A DNA stretch of 64,000 nt. Source: Podarcis gaigeae (Eukaryota). Both the position numbers and the translations under genes were made by a program. The notes below the pieces were generated by a model. It ran no database searches. It saw only the letters and a list, made by a program, of their open reading frames with translations, and had not been told where the DNA came from. The stretch is taken from the NCBI GenBank assembly GCA_964106915.2, contig OZ066914.1. One strand, written 5' to 3'. This document shows, piece by piece, positions 13,634 through 28,974 of this stretch. The number at the start of each line of letters is the position of its first letter. The first letter of the stretch is position 1.

Positions 13634-13955
13634 TTAAAATTGTTATTATTTAGTCAGTACATCCATACCCCACCTTTCCTCCAAAGAACTCAAGGCAGCG
13701 TGCATGATTTGCCCCCTCTGCATTTTATCCTCATAACGAGAGTAAGCTGCACTATGCGGGAGGGAGTGGCTCAAGGTCACACAGTGAACTTCATGGGGGA
13801 TTGGGGATTTGAACCTCCCAAGCCCCAGTCCAAATCTAACCACTCTAACATTCTAACCAGTACATGGCACTGGGATGGGGAAAAGTGAATTAAGAGATAC
13901 ACTTTTTAACAGGGTGGAAAAAGAAAGGATTTCAAAATTAGATTTAATCATTTTA

Positions 13956-14860
<905 letters not shown>

Positions 14861-14864
14861 TATA

Positions 14865-15088
14865 CAGTGGTACCTCGGTTTTTGAGCGTCTCGGAAGTCG
14901 AATGTTTTGGCTTTTGAACGCCAAAAACCCGAAAGTAACTGCTTCGGTTTTTGAATGCATTTCAGAAGCCGAACGTGCCACACGACTTCCGTACTGAGCT
15001 TCTAGAAAGGCATGCTTTGGTTTTTGAACGTCTCGGAAGTCGAACGGTCTTCCGGAACGTATTACATTCGAAAACCGAGGTTCCACTA
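14865..15088. mobile_element. Tc1/mariner (Tigger-like) MITE
   Basis: TIR CAGTGGTACCTCGGTTTT / AAAACCGAGGTTCCACTA; TA TSD. Confidence 0.85.
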
Positions 15089-15289
15089 TAATTGGTTTTA
15101 ATTTTTATTTGAATGTTTTAAATAGGTGTTTTTAACTCTTTCTACTGATAATTTTATTGTGTGTTTTTTTTGTAAACTGCTTAGAGGTTTTGGTGTTTTG
15201 CTTTGTTTTGCTTTTTTGTTTTTTTTACAAGAAAACACTTTCTCTTTATTTTTTGAAAATGAGAGAAATCACTATGGGAATTCCTTTTA

Positions 15290-15451
<162 letters not shown>

Positions 15452-16385
15452 CTAGAGGAAACAGACGGGGGGGGGGGGCACAGGTTAACATAACATGCTT
15501 TTAATACTTTTCAGGTGATATTAGCAGAAAATGAAATATGAGAACTGTGAGTCAGAAAATATATGGTAAAGCCCTGTAGGAACAAACAATCAGGAGAACA
15601 ATTAAAAGTTTAAAATCTATTACAGGGTGTTTTGATGATTTCCATGTGATAAAAACAAAACAAAATCCCGCTTGCCATAATTGGATCCTAATCTCATGTC
15701 CTCAAAGTCTTAGCCAAGTTCAATGGCACTTAATTCATGGGAAGTTTAATTAGGTTTGCAACTTTAATTTCAAACCCATTATTTATAAAACAATAATGTT
15801 ATTCAGATAGCATAAATACAGACCTTGTATCAGAAAAGTATAAGTCTCACGTCTATAAAGTGTGAGAAGGAAAAGCAGAAATATTTTTGTGTGCATTTCA
15901 TTTCATAGGAAAACTGTTCTCAGAATCTGATAATGGAGTTTAGCATGTGATGGAGCAGTTATTTTTCCTTTCATTCATGTTTTTAAGCACAATATTTAGT
16001 GGCGAGCAGAATTCTCCTTCTAATTTGAAAATACTGAATTGCAGTGAAATCTCAGATATATCTATCTGGGTGTAAGCCCCATTACATTCAATGGAGCTTA
16101 CTTCTGAGTTTGTGTAGGATTGCACTGTGAGTGATCCAGCTGCATACATGAAACTATCAAGAGACCTTTTTCTCTTAGCTTATATGTTATTAACTTTTAC
16201 ACATGCTCACAAATCCTAAGATTCTCTTGTGTCCTTTTCAGTGTATTAATAAAACTCCTAGGTCTTCTCACCCAATCCCGGACAAAAACAGCTAATAAGC
16301 AAACAGATAAGCCAGCTGGGTCTTTAATAATAATAATAATAATAATAATAATACAGTAATCAAGAGCAGTTGTAAGGGTTCTGTG

Positions 16386-16434
16386 CTATATATGTGATGC
16401 AAAACAACAACTATATATGTGATGCAAAACAACA
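16386..16434. repeat. 25-bp tandem duplication
   Basis: CTATATATGTGATGCAAAACAACA(A) x2. Confidence 0.9.
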
Positions 16435-17507
16435 CACCAAAATACAAATAAATAGTGATTAAGCAAAACCAAACTCTGAGAAAGGGAAGAGAAGGGTTGC
16501 TCTGAACAAAAACTCCACACATGCAAATTAGAGTTTAATTTTGTAAGAAGAGTACGAAAATAGAAAGAAACAAAAGACTAAGTTGTGAGTGCTTTCAGAT
16601 TTGCAAAGTGCAGGGGGGGGGGAGTGTTGTGTGAGAGAAATTTGCATGAGAGTTGTGTGTTTTTAAAGACCCTCCATGGTTCATTGGATAACAGGAACAC
16701 TGACAAATATGCAAATGTGGGCTGCCCTAAAGACAATGAAACAGACATGTAGTCAATGGTTACTGTCATCCAGTTCTTTGCATGACATGCAGACAAGCTT
16801 AGAGAACATTGATTGTTCTATAGACTCCTGCAACTGGAGAGAACGACCAGTCGGCTTACACCAAGACACATTTTTCACTCCTGACGTTTTGATAAAGGCT
16901 TATTGACCTAAATGAGACCCATGTTATTCAGGAAACATCAGAGGTGAAAGTTCACAAGCTGTTCTTCATGGTCATACACAAAAATGCCAGGTATCCGTTA
17001 GCAACTGGCAAATTCCCCCTCCCCTGCCCGTGGCTGGGTGACAGACAAAAGTGTATTTAATATCTCGCCTTGTATAAGTCCAATAAGTAATCGGGGGGGG
17101 GGGGGGGGGCTGGCTGACTGATTTTTGTCACTACATTTAGACACAGCTGCCAGAGAAAGTTGCAGACAGGCAAAAGACTATGCTATTTATATTCAAAATA
17201 AGTTGGGACACTCATTAGAAAGACAAACAAACAAGTCCTCATGAACTATAGTATATATACCATTCCACAGCAAGCTGAAATTTCGGTGATTTAGATGTGA
17301 AGGTATTTTACAAAAGCAGCAAGACTACATTCTGAGGATTCCGTTTCAGCTATTCCAGTTTTAAACAGGGACTAATAGCTTCAAATTTAGTGGGGTTATC
17401 AGGAATGAGTTGGGCACTAAACACACACCTCACTGTGGAGAGTTGTGTTTTCATTGAACAATTCAAAACAAGCTAGAAGTTCTGACACAATGTTGATGTA
17501 CCTCTGA

Positions 17508-17510
<3 letters not shown>

Positions 17511-17548
<38 letters not shown>
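17511..17548. repeat. (AAT)n microsatellite, probably the tail of a minus-strand L2 3' end
   Basis: Followed by 'atctggctgggtttccccagccac', the reverse complement of the L2 terminus seen at 43280-43305. Confidence 0.85.
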
Positions 17549-17549
<1 letters not shown>

Positions 17550-17774
17550 TTATTATTTATACTCTACTATCTGGCTGGGTTTCCCCAGCCACTATTTACA
17601 GAAGTCCACTCTGAGGTCTTATACAGTACATGGAGCAGACTGAAGCTGCAATCCTGAACACACTGGATTAATCCTCATTGGGCATTGTTAACTTCCAAGT
17701 AAATATGCACAGGATTGCACAGCACATATGTTAAAACAAACTGAATCCAATATACTAAGGCCATAAAGTGTGAG

Positions 17775-18021
17775 TGTTATGTACTGAAGTTCTCACCCTG
17801 GGCCAGCAGGGGGATACTGTAAATAGTTATGCAAATAAGGGATCGAAAGTGACGTTCAGTGATTGGATAGTTTTAGAAAGTTGTTACAGTAACGTTGTAC
17901 TGGAGCTCTATATAAGCAGGCTGACTGAACCCTTCAGTTCAGTTCTGTGCTGGCTTGTGAATAAACAAGAGCTGTTTGAAGAATCGCTGTGTCGTCTGAT
18001 ATGTTCACCCACAACTTAACA
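17775..18021 (+). mobile_element. Solo LTR, 247 bp (family A, copy 2)
   Basis: Highly similar to 14147-14388; TGTT...AACA termini; its own 5-bp TSD GTGAG (17770-17774 / 18022-18026). Confidence 0.9.
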
Positions 18022-18097
18022 GTGAGCAGAAGAGAAATGAGTAGATGTGTGTGTTGGAGGGAATAGTTGAAACAAGCAAAAAACGCAAAAAAGGGTT

Positions 18098-18545
18098 ATC
18101 AAAAAAGGTATGGTAGAGCTGGAAAGGATTCAGAAAAGGGCAAGTAAAAGAGCAGGAGGAACTCCCCTTATGGGAAGGAGTTATAACTTTGGGGGCTTTT
18201 TAGTTTAAAAGAGGTAAATAAGAAAGAACACCATAGACATGTAAGAGATGATGCACAGTGTGGAGAAAGTGGATAGAAAGAGCAACTCATCCCACCCAAT
18301 AATAATCAGGTACATCCAATGAAGCTGAATGCTGAAAGATGCCAGGCAGACAAAAGAAAGTACTTCTTCTGACAGCATACAGTTAAATTATGGAATTTGC
18401 TGGGAACCAGAATTGGGGAGGGTTCTGTTACGGTCAGGTCCTGCTTGTAGGCTTCCCGTAGGCATATGGTTGGCCAGTGGGAGAAGAAGTTGAATGATTA
18501 GATCAAGCCTTTGGTCTAATGAGGCAGGGCACTTCTCATGTTCTT
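18098..18545 (+). mobile_element. CR1 LINE 3' remnant
   Basis: 'gagctggaaaggattcagaaaagggc' (ELERIQKRA), 'aaagaaagtacttctt', and terminal 'cttctcatgttcttatg'. Confidence 0.7.
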
Positions 18546-21500
18546 ATGCCAAGAGGGAGAATCAGATCCAGCCAACAGGCTAGATCCTTATTTCCCATCT
18601 CTCAAGGCCCAATCTTTGGCAGGTGGGAGAAACAGACACATGCAAAAGGGGGGGGGGATGTTCCATGTGAATCTAAACTTCCTGAAAATGGGCTTCAAAG
18701 GGACTCCCTGTAACTGCTGATCAGCAGTTACAGCAAGCCCCTTTGAAGGCACAGTCTCAGTGTCAGGGAAGCTCCCTGTTACTGCCTATCAGGTGATCAG
18801 GGCTCACAGGGAGCCCTACTTGTGAAGGAATTCTCAGGAGCTCACCTTCAGCTCCCAATTATTCTTCTGTAGCCATGCCCATACTTGCCCCTCAACTGAC
18901 ATCACAGGTGTGGGACAGGTGAGCATGGTTTGTGGACAACGTTCTCCCGGGCCAAACTGGGACATAATTAGACCTGCAGAACAGATATTCCTAATTGTGC
19001 CTTAATGCAAATGACACTGTACCAGCGGTGACATGTGCGCACTATAACTTAGAGGCGGGCAACTTTCTGCCTTGGGAGAATGCCAAGATCCACCACCTGT
19101 CTTGTTTTCTGTTGAGCTTAAAGTCTGGGAGCCTTCCGGCTAGAAAATGAAAAGCCATTTAAATATATGTGTATGCAAAAAATATACCTTTAGAAATAAA
19201 GGACAGGTGCTTCTGATCAAGTTCTCTGCCCAGGAATTTGCATCCAGTACTAGAACAGAGCTTACAGCCCCTTCACACAAAAAGCCACTCTTCGTTTGCC
19301 CCCAAGCTGTCTATGTTTGAGCAGCTTAGTTTAGGCAAGGAGGGGAAAACTTATTTTCATTGTTCATTGCTACTGTTAAGCAAGTGGGAGTCAGTAACTC
19401 TTGCTGATCTGCTGCTGCAAGGGACCCAAAATTCTACCAGTAGATCCTAATCTGACTTTTGCCTAAATTATGGGAATAGTATATCACCTTGTTAAATATG
19501 ACAGAAATTATAAATTAGCAGTCGCACCTACACTTCTGACAGCATGGTCAAAGCTATATGAGCCAGAGCACATGCTACAAATCTCAGGGCTGAACCATAC
19601 AACACCAGTCATTACATCATGGCAGGAATATTCCATGCCAGCATTTCCACTTCCAGAAGAATCTGTTGCTGGTGTGGAAACTCTGCCCTCCCATCTCTGT
19701 ATGATATCCAAAACATGTGTCCAACTCTGTACATGTTATTGAAAAACTTTCCTGTAATTATTACATTCTTTATATCAGATGCTTTAAAGGTCATCACACA
19801 CTAAGAATCTTTTCATGTTTGATAGCCAGTTGCGAAGCAGCAACCTTGGCCTAAACACAAATGCTTCTGGTAGAAGAAACACTGATAATTAGGAGATTAG
19901 GGATATGTACCTGCAGAGCATCTACATTTATTAAAAAACTTTATGTCTGGTACACTTCAGAGAGGCAGGCAGAAATTCACAGTATCTAACCATCTTGATC
20001 CTCTTAGAATGAGGGACCCTTGTGTGTGCAAATTTTATTTCATGATGGGATTCTGCAGCTGACAATTGCTGTGCAGGAGGCAACATGCATGTGTACTTGC
20101 CAATCTTTGGACAAAGTCTTGGCTGCCTTTCTCTAAAGAGAAATATAATTTGTGAAGTAAACACAGGTTTGTAAACATATGAGGGGCAGTAGAGTTTTTT
20201 TGTTTTTCTATTTTTTTGAGATAAATTTTTGAGTATTTTTCCCTGAATGGAAACATTAGAGTAACTCTCATTTCTCTAGGCGAATTCTTGGTGTCTCAGC
20301 CCTCCATTTTTTGCAACCTTGGTAAATGCTGAGTTGGATCCTGACACTGTGCCTGAATCAGCTCCTTATTCACTTTGTTAGCACTAAGGACTTTGCTAGA
20401 CCCCATTTTAGGGACAAGAAACTAAGTAGCAAGTGATTTATCCCACAACATTATGTAGGAACTCTACTGTGCAGAAACATTTGGAATCAAGCTGCTTTCC
20501 CTTCAATAAATTAATCATAGGTGATAAGGTCTAACCAGAATTGTCCTAACACAGAGCGTACATAATAAAGAGCTAGGAGTTGGGTGTGCTTCACTGAAAA
20601 CTGCAACCATAAACACAAGCCAAATCCTAAATGAAAAGGATTATTGTCACTCTGCTGACTTCAGCAAGTGTTGGGCTAATGATTTTTCCTCTGCTTTGAG
20701 GAAAAGTTGTGCCTCCCAAGACAAGACCATGGTGCACCTGTGACTGACAAATTTCACATGCAGTCATTTCCAGCAAATGACTACACAGGGATATTTTTAA
20801 ACTTCTGGCTTGGCTAGACGACATTCATTTGGAATTTGCACGCAAACTATACTGAGTCCTCTGGTTTACTACAGTGATGGCCAGTTTAATTTAGAACTTT
20901 TAGATGTTGCAGAAAACATCTAAAAAAACACTAAAATTGTGAAATCATACACAATTTAACTGCACCCTTTTCAGAAGGTTGGCTTGGTATCACTTAAAAG
21001 AATAAACACTTCGTTCTGAGCTAGCAGAGCAGTTCACCATTTGATTATAGAAGAAAGGCTATTTACAGTTCAATGCTATGCAAGTTTACCAGAAGTCCCA
21101 CTGAAATCAATAGGGATTACTCCCTGGTACATCCACACAGCTCTAACATCCTGTCACCTCGTCCCACCCACTCTCCTTACTGGCCAGTAGTAGCAGCATC
21201 ACTGACAGGAAGTTAGGACAGCAGGGGTCATCATCGTTCCCCCCCATGCGTCAGCTGCTTCTCCAGGCAACAGGGTATATGATTGTGGCCTTAAACATGT
21301 ACATACAGTATAGCTTTATACACAAACTCAACTGCTCTCTTACACCAGAATGCTCAGATTTTGCAGGGCTAGAACTATTTAAAAATAGAGTCTGAGAACC
21401 TGTGACCTAAGGGCCAAACAGGGTTCAACAGGGGTTCAAATTTACCCTAAACTACACTAGCCTGCCCCACACTTCGTGTCACATGTAGAGGGCAAGTAGA

Positions 21501-23771
21501 GATGTAGCCAACAATGCACAATTGTGAGTCTTAAAGAGTGCTCCCAACAATGCTTTGACAAGGGAATTCAAACATTGGCTCTACCACCTTTAAGCTGAGG
21601 GGCAGTAAAGCTGACGGATCCTTTGCACTGGTGGGTTCCCTGTGGCAAACTTGAATTTGCAGCTGAAGACTGCAGAAATCAGGCTTCTCAGCTGATAAGT
21701 GGAAAAGCGAAAGCCTCACGTGCTCTAAAGCACCCTGCGGGACTCTTTGGACATCAAAGCACCCAGTCTGATGTCATTATGACATCATGTGATTGACAAG
21801 TGGACAGCCCCACTGACCTGTCAAATTTGGTCCTGAAGGCCAGTTCTGATAAGAATCTGGCCTGCAGAGCCAAGAATATTCCCCATTCCTGTTTTTAAAG
21901 CCTATCTGTTTTCTGAACCATCAGCTCCTAGAAATCCACAGTCCGTTTGGCAAGTGACTACGCATTTGTGGTCTGAATTGTTTGCTATAACTGGCAATTA
22001 TGTGACTCTTTGGGGAATGGGATTCAAGAGACCATACCAGACATTACAGTTAAGATCCAGCCCACTGGGCACAAGCAACAAGTGGTTCCCTAGTGGGAAG
22101 GGGGCTTTGGGAGAGCATGAGAGCTGCTGTTGCAAAAGGGGAGCAGAGAAGCCCCCATGTATAAGCAGAGCAATGCATGTTGCACTTTGAATCCCAGCCA
22201 TCGGTGGCACAAGTAGGAAACAGCTATTTTTACATGTGAAAAGATGAGGTACTGATCAATATCAATGTTTTTTTTTATGCAAGGTTCTTTTTAGTAAATG
22301 AAGAAACTAAACCGGGCACCCAAGCTCTTTACTGTGCCTCCCTTTCAAAGTCTTTATGTAATGAACTGTTAATGTAATCCAACATAATGAACTGTTAAGT
22401 ACACTTTTAAAAAGGACCAACTTTTATTTCAAGTCTTAGCAGTTTGCAACCAAATGAGAAAGCAAAGTTAAAGTAAGTGATTCTGTTTCTAAAAACCTAT
22501 TAAAAAGGCATGAAGCCATTTTGGTCCTGAAATTAAAAATAAATCTACCACATAACTGTTATTCATTCACATCTGTACAATCCCTAAGCTGTTCTTGATG
22601 TCACACTCCACTGTGATAAGCGTTCAAGCTCCATATTTCTGTTTGACATTTCCATAAACACAACCTGCTTTTGCCTCAACATATTTGGGTTTTCTCCCAA
22701 GGCCGCTCCAGGGAATACACATCATGCTCCTCCACACAGCTGCAATAACAGTTATACACTCAAGCTGTAGTCTGTGGGCACTTAATACACCTCACAAAAA
22801 AAATACATGCGCCAGTGGTAATTTTAAAAAACCTCCCAACTTATAAGCATGCAAAACTCGTTCAGTAAGCATTTTAATGTTGCCTCTAAAAGTTAGCCAA
22901 GGCGTACAAAAATATTTCCGTTCAAAATCTAGAAGCTGGCTGTAATGTAAACTACCCTGCAGCAAGAGATAGCTGGCAAGTACGATTCAGATATTCAAAA
23001 GAAATAATTCCCATCTTTAGCTAAGTTATGACTGGAGCGTCAATGCATGGTGCAAATTATTCCTTTGTTTGTTCAGAACTTTGGGGTTACAGACATCCTC
23101 AAAGAAAGGCATTGTTTACTTTTAATTGTTCTTTAAGTGTGATCCACTTACAGCTATAGCTACATACTATTTATAAGCCTGCTGAAAGGAGTGCTCACAT
23201 TCTGAATCTTGACTATTTGTGTGCCCCCAGCTGTTACATTTTTCTCCAAATGAGGAACAGTTATAAATTTGTGAACCTTCCTTTATGTTCCATGCTACAC
23301 TTGTGCACAGACCCATCTCAAAGAACCTGTCTGGCAAGTTGATACAGTGCAGTCCTATATAGGATTTCAACCTAAATGTCCTTCTACTTGCAGGGATTTA
23401 AGCTGTACCTTACCAGGTTCTCCAAAGTACCCTTTTAGATATTAAGATCAGGAGAGGGGCAGTTCCACCATCCACAGAAATTTAGGAGAGGGAATTCTCT
23501 TTGGCAGACCCAAAGTTTGGGAATTCTCCCCCTAAGAGGTGGGTCTGACACCTTCACTATACAGTTTTCAGCAACTGCTGAAGATAACTGTTTTTACCAC
23601 GGCATCGCCATCTGAAATGTGTGTTTTCAGGACCTACCCTATTCCTGTGGTTGCAATTTAATTGTTTTTAATACTGGATTATAAATTATTGAAGCCTGCC
23701 CTGGGACCTGCTGGTGCATGGTAGGTTTGAATTTAAATTTGAAGAAGATGAAGACAATGAAGATTCTGTGT

Positions 23772-23840
23772 TGAGATTTCTGCACTGCAAGAGGTTGGAC
23801 TAGATAACCCTCGGGGTCTCTTCCAACTCTACAATTCTAC
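23772..23840 (+). mobile_element. CR1 extreme 3' end
   Basis: 'ggttggactagataaccctcggggtctcttccaactctacaattctac', the CR1 3' hairpin plus ATTCTRTG-like tail. Confidence 0.75.
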
Positions 23841-26800
23841 ATTTTGTTTTTATTTTTATTTTTTTAGGGGTTGATCAAAATGTTAAAAAGATTGTGAGCA
23901 AGCTTTCGAGTTCTCCAAAACATTGACTTGATGCTGCAGCCATCTCCATGAAATTCTAGAGATCTTCTCAGTGAATACCAAGAGTATAATTAGAACACAA
24001 CGTGTGCTTAAAGGTGCATTATAAATTTTTGAATCACTCTACTGGGTAACCAAAAGCAGCAGCATTTAAATGGCTGCAAACTGTAAAAGTGAATTACACG
24101 CTCCCTGAGAGACTTATACAATTTTACCTAGGCTATAATCTTCAGCACTTAATTGATACTATGATCATAGCCCCCTTTGGGCCTTGACTCCACACAATTA
24201 AGAACCCCATTGATTAAAAATTCACAGAGGCTCCCCCCCCCCCATGATGTGGGACTCTGATTGCCCAAGGTCATGAGGGTGGGAGGAAGTCCCACAGTTG
24301 CAGCCCTGCTCTCTGTTTCCATGTGATTCTTAATTGCATGACTGAAAGCTCAAATAAGTCTCCTGTCTTTAGACTGAAGATGTAAGATTGCATGCAACTT
24401 ATTACCTGAAACAGAAGATCAAATTCTTTATCCTGAAGCATGCGTTTTCAAATGTACTATTCAAAATGACTGGATTTCCTCCAAATTTGCATCTAATACC
24501 AAAGTATTAGGCAATAAATTCTAATTGTTTCTTGCCCATTTTCCTAAATTATACTCTTTTAAAAGTACATTTAAAAGGCAAAACACCAGTCCATTTTCAG
24601 AGATCAATATTACCTTATTTCCTTGCATAAAAATTTCCCTACAGTGCAGCACAGGCGACCGTCTCTATCACTATCCCAGTTCCCTCTTTTCAAACCACGG
24701 CCATCTCTAGGTCTCTTCCTCTGTATTGTTGAAAGAGTGGTGAGGTGAAGTGCTTAACCTGACTGGGCAGTGGCAAAAGGTGGGAAGGTGGAGAAGCTAT
24801 TGAGAAACTTTTCAGCTATTTAAATGAGCTTTAAATGGGTAGGGAATGAGGCTTCAGAGAGACAGATGCATAGGATGCCACAACACAGATGAGATGAGAG
24901 GAGAGGAGAGAATTTAGCCATACTCTTATAGCTTGATGTACTGAGAAACACTGAAGACAGCAATAGAGTGAGTATTAAGGAAACTCCATTTCAGTGACAA
25001 TCTGGGCTTGAGTCAAGGGTAGGATTATATGAGAAGACTGCATGTATCAGGGCTGGGCCATGGACAACAGTCTGAGGTGAACCAGGAGCCATGGAACCAG
25101 GAGCCATGGAACCAGTCTGGACCCAAAGAATAAGTCATGACCACAGGGCAAACCTGGAGATAGGGTCAAGGAGCAAGCCAGGAATCAGTAGAAAAAAGTA
25201 AGTAAGAAACAGAGGGCAAACCAGGAGGCAGGACTGAGGGGCAAGCCCGAAGTCAAGATCAAAAGGTAACCAAGGACACAGGAAAAGACCAGATCTCAGG
25301 AAGAAGCTGCTTCATGAACAAAGGTCAACTTAATTAAAACAGGACTTCTTCCTGTCCAGGGGGATCCAACGGCCACCCTGGATAGGAAAAGCCAGTCCAG
25401 AGTCTGAAGGTATGTCACTGAGAAGCAGCCACTTGCAGTTGAAAACGTCAACACACAGGGAACATGCACAGAGATCCAGCAGTTCCTGTCGGCATGTGAC
25501 GGACTTGGGATGGGGTGGGTAGAAATATTTATCTAGGTACCATTAAGTGCAATTTGTTTCCAGAGTTGCCAGGATCAGGCTGCTTTCCCAGTGTCATACC
25601 TCTGCAGGGAGTTTCCAATTCGCCAGCTAGGCTGGATCTGAGTGTGCATTGGTAGAAGGCTGGAGTGGCAGTGTGGAAAACACACAGAGGTGGCAAGGAG
25701 ATAAAGGAAATCGCTGGAAAAAATGAGAACTAAGATGGAGATTCCAATAGATTCAAGAATTCTACCCACAATGGCTGCTTTATCGATAATCAGACTGGTT
25801 GACTATCAAAATGTCTGACCATGATTGATATTCAGTTATGCTCCTTTCCCATCAATGTGGTATCAGAAGTGTCCTACCATACCTCAGGGATCCTAAGGCA
25901 ACTGAAGAGGGATACAGTTAAAAATAAATTAAAGATACCCTGCTGTATCTTGGTTAATAAGGATGAGAGGGAGAGAGAAAATTCTAATGAAACATTTTTT
26001 AAGTTTTCATTTTCTTTCCACATCCACTAAAACAAAGACAAAATACTTTTACTGGATCAACTCAGTAAGAAGGGCTGAGTTTTCCTGTGTGCGCATAAAT
26101 GCAGAAAAGCATTTATGATGCTTTGCCAAATGAAAGGCCTGAGTGTAAATATAACTAATAAAACAAATAAACTGTGCAAAGGTACAGCCTGGCTTGGAAG
26201 ATAACAAGTAATCCAAAATTACTTTATGCCGATGCCAAAAATGGTAAACAAATGTTGTGCTCATTTCTGAATTACAATCTCACATACCACATCACGATGT
26301 GCTTTTAACCTCTGGCCTAGCAGGGGTCACAATGTGACATCATCACATTCCATTATCATGACACCACTTTGTCTCAAAAGGTCAAATTCCTACTGCTGTC
26401 AACATTGCATCCCTATATGCAACATGGCCCATAGAAAGTTACAGCTTTCGGTAAACACACTGCATTTCTCAGTACAGTTATTTCTACTAATTAATAACAA
26501 GCTAGTTCCAAAGAGCATGTTGCCAAATTTGTTCTAAACTGGATACATTCAGAACAAAATAAAAATAGGTTTTTTAAAAAATAATATAAAAATATTTCAA
26601 GAATCAGAAAACAATAAGAGCTGCATATAAGAAAGAGTTGTTCCATATATGACTTTGCTTTACTAGTCCAAAGTTAAATAGTTAGCCAACAAAATGCATC
26701 TTATTTTTTCCATAATGAATACATTGTAGATTTATTTTGGACAGAGGAAACACACTCCAAGTAGCTAAACTTGGGATATTTGTATATTCAAGCCAGTTAT

Positions 26801-28974
26801 ACATCACTGCACTGATGTTTTCCACAGAAATATTTGGCCATGGTGGTTTTGGCAGCAATCTTAGTCTAATTTTAGAACCAGTAAATATATCTCAGGTTCC
26901 TTTCACATTCAGCTTGCACTCTGCCTATTTTTACTCATTCATGCAACGAAAGCAAGTTCCTTCAAAACTTCAGCTCATTCCCTTAGAATGATAAATAGTA
27001 CAAACCTGACACAGTTATATTGATGGGAGTGGTTTTGTTTTCTTGTTTGCTGATAAGGCAGGGATAACCAAAAATTTTGGATCAGTGGGCACATTTTTAA
27101 TTTGGAGAAAGTGCAGGGCCACCAGTCACAACATGGTGGTAAAACAAAATTATGCTTACCATGCGAAGTCAGATATATCCTGGTGGTTCTGATTACAGAG
27201 CTTACATACACAGACAGTGAGAAATAGAGAAGAGATATTGTTGCTGTCTAATCATAACAGGGAGTATTCTTCAGTACTAGAAAAAAATATTCAAGGCAGC
27301 CACACCACTCTCATTTCACAGAAATCACTTAGAAGATACCTGCACATTTTGCCTCATAACTTTCCTTCTAGGAAGGCTATAGATTTCCTTTAAAAAGAAG
27401 TTCAGCCTGGCACATCCCTGAAGCCTCCCAGGGCACTAGACTGGCAACCCCTGCTACAAGTGAAATGGACCCTTAAATGTTGTCAATTTGCTTTTAGGTG
27501 TTTTATGAATTGCCAAAGGATGGAAATGTGATTCTTGTTGTATATTTCATTATGTCTGTGGGTTGTAAACTGCCCTGAGAGCAGTAATGTGGAAAGGCAA
27601 TTAACAAGCTAGAAATGACATGAAATTATTACTCTTCAGCAAATTACTCTTCAGCAAATTCTCGTATCTGGTCATCTTAGCTCATTAGAGACTCACAAGT
27701 GTAGAGAGGAAAATAAGGAAAAGAGGGGAAAATATATGCTGTTGTATGTTCTTCCAGGTTATGTCATTTTATTATTCCATAGCCTCGAGTTACAGTCTAT
27801 AGAAAGGCACAGCATATAGTTTACATTCATATAAACACAGACATTGGAGCCAGCAAGACGAAAAAGAGACTTTCCCCTTTCCTTCCCTTCCCTTCCCTTC
27901 CCTTCCATACCCATTTGAGAGAATCAAATTGTCCATCACATCATCTGCTACACCAATCAACAGTTGTATTATTAATTGTATTAATATATTAAGTTGCTAT
28001 ACTGTGGACCACCCTGTAGGTTGTGGAGACAGCGCACAACTTCTATAAACACACACACACAAACATAATTGTGTACCAGCCTAAGTATTGTGACACAAAC
28101 TTTATAACTTCACATTCAGTGGTTTGTTTTTGTTTTAAAGGGGGAAAGAAAAATGGCCAGCTATTGTTTTAAAAACTCTGTATAAAGCAAGTTTCCTTTC
28201 TTCATGAGAATGTATTATCTCCTCAAAATACTGTTTTTAACACTCAGATTATAACTACAGCCAAGATCATCTGAGGGAGACATTAGTTAAAGTCTCAACC
28301 TGAAGCAACAATCTGCCTAAACAAAGATTGGTTTTGACTTGCAGAACAGTTGAGCTAGTCTGCTATCTCCCCTGTTCATTATCACACTATTAAACAGAGT
28401 CCAATGTTTCTGTAGTTACTATCAGATGAAATGAGCTAATTTCCCTGGAGATTTATCTACACAGACCAGATGTCTTTAGCTAGCTATTCCCCAGATTGAG
28501 CAGAGTGAGGCACATCCAATGCCTTCACTGTTACCATAGAGACAGGCTTTCCCATCCACTGTGCAGCCGTGCTATAGTAGCTACCAGCTGTTGTCTAGTC
28601 AAACCCTCCACCAGAAGACAGTGAGGCAAAAGTGGGAGACCCAAAGCTGAGGTTCTCCCAGCATCTCAGACAGAATCTTCAATGGCAATTTCTCTATCTC
28701 CAGCCCCTTAGCCATCACTTTTAGGCCAGCTAGTATTGTTTAAAGCTGTTGGAACTCGTGTGTGCCTAATTCTCTACTACCCTATATTAGTTTGTGTGAG
28801 CAGACTGGTAGACATAATGCGCACTGTACTGTTGTAGCAGATGCTGCCAGACAGTTAAGAAGCTTAAGGCACAATCCGGCCACAGTTTTATTCTGTTTTA
28901 TTATTTAAAATACAATCATCTCTAACTGGGTTACAAGGATGCAATGCAAAAAGTTTTAAAAAATAATCAGTTAA

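Noticed and set aside
25043-25320. Purine-rich tract with tandem GAACCAGGAGCCATG units, possibly an LTR remnant
   Set aside because: I could not define termini or a TSD, so it is left uncalled.
27160-27200. 41-nt candidate micro-exon ending ATG|gtaagc on the KCNQ1 strand
   Set aside because: The donor is strong but the acceptor (aag) is weak and the length is frameshifting; such pseudo-exons are expected by chance in a 31-kb intron.
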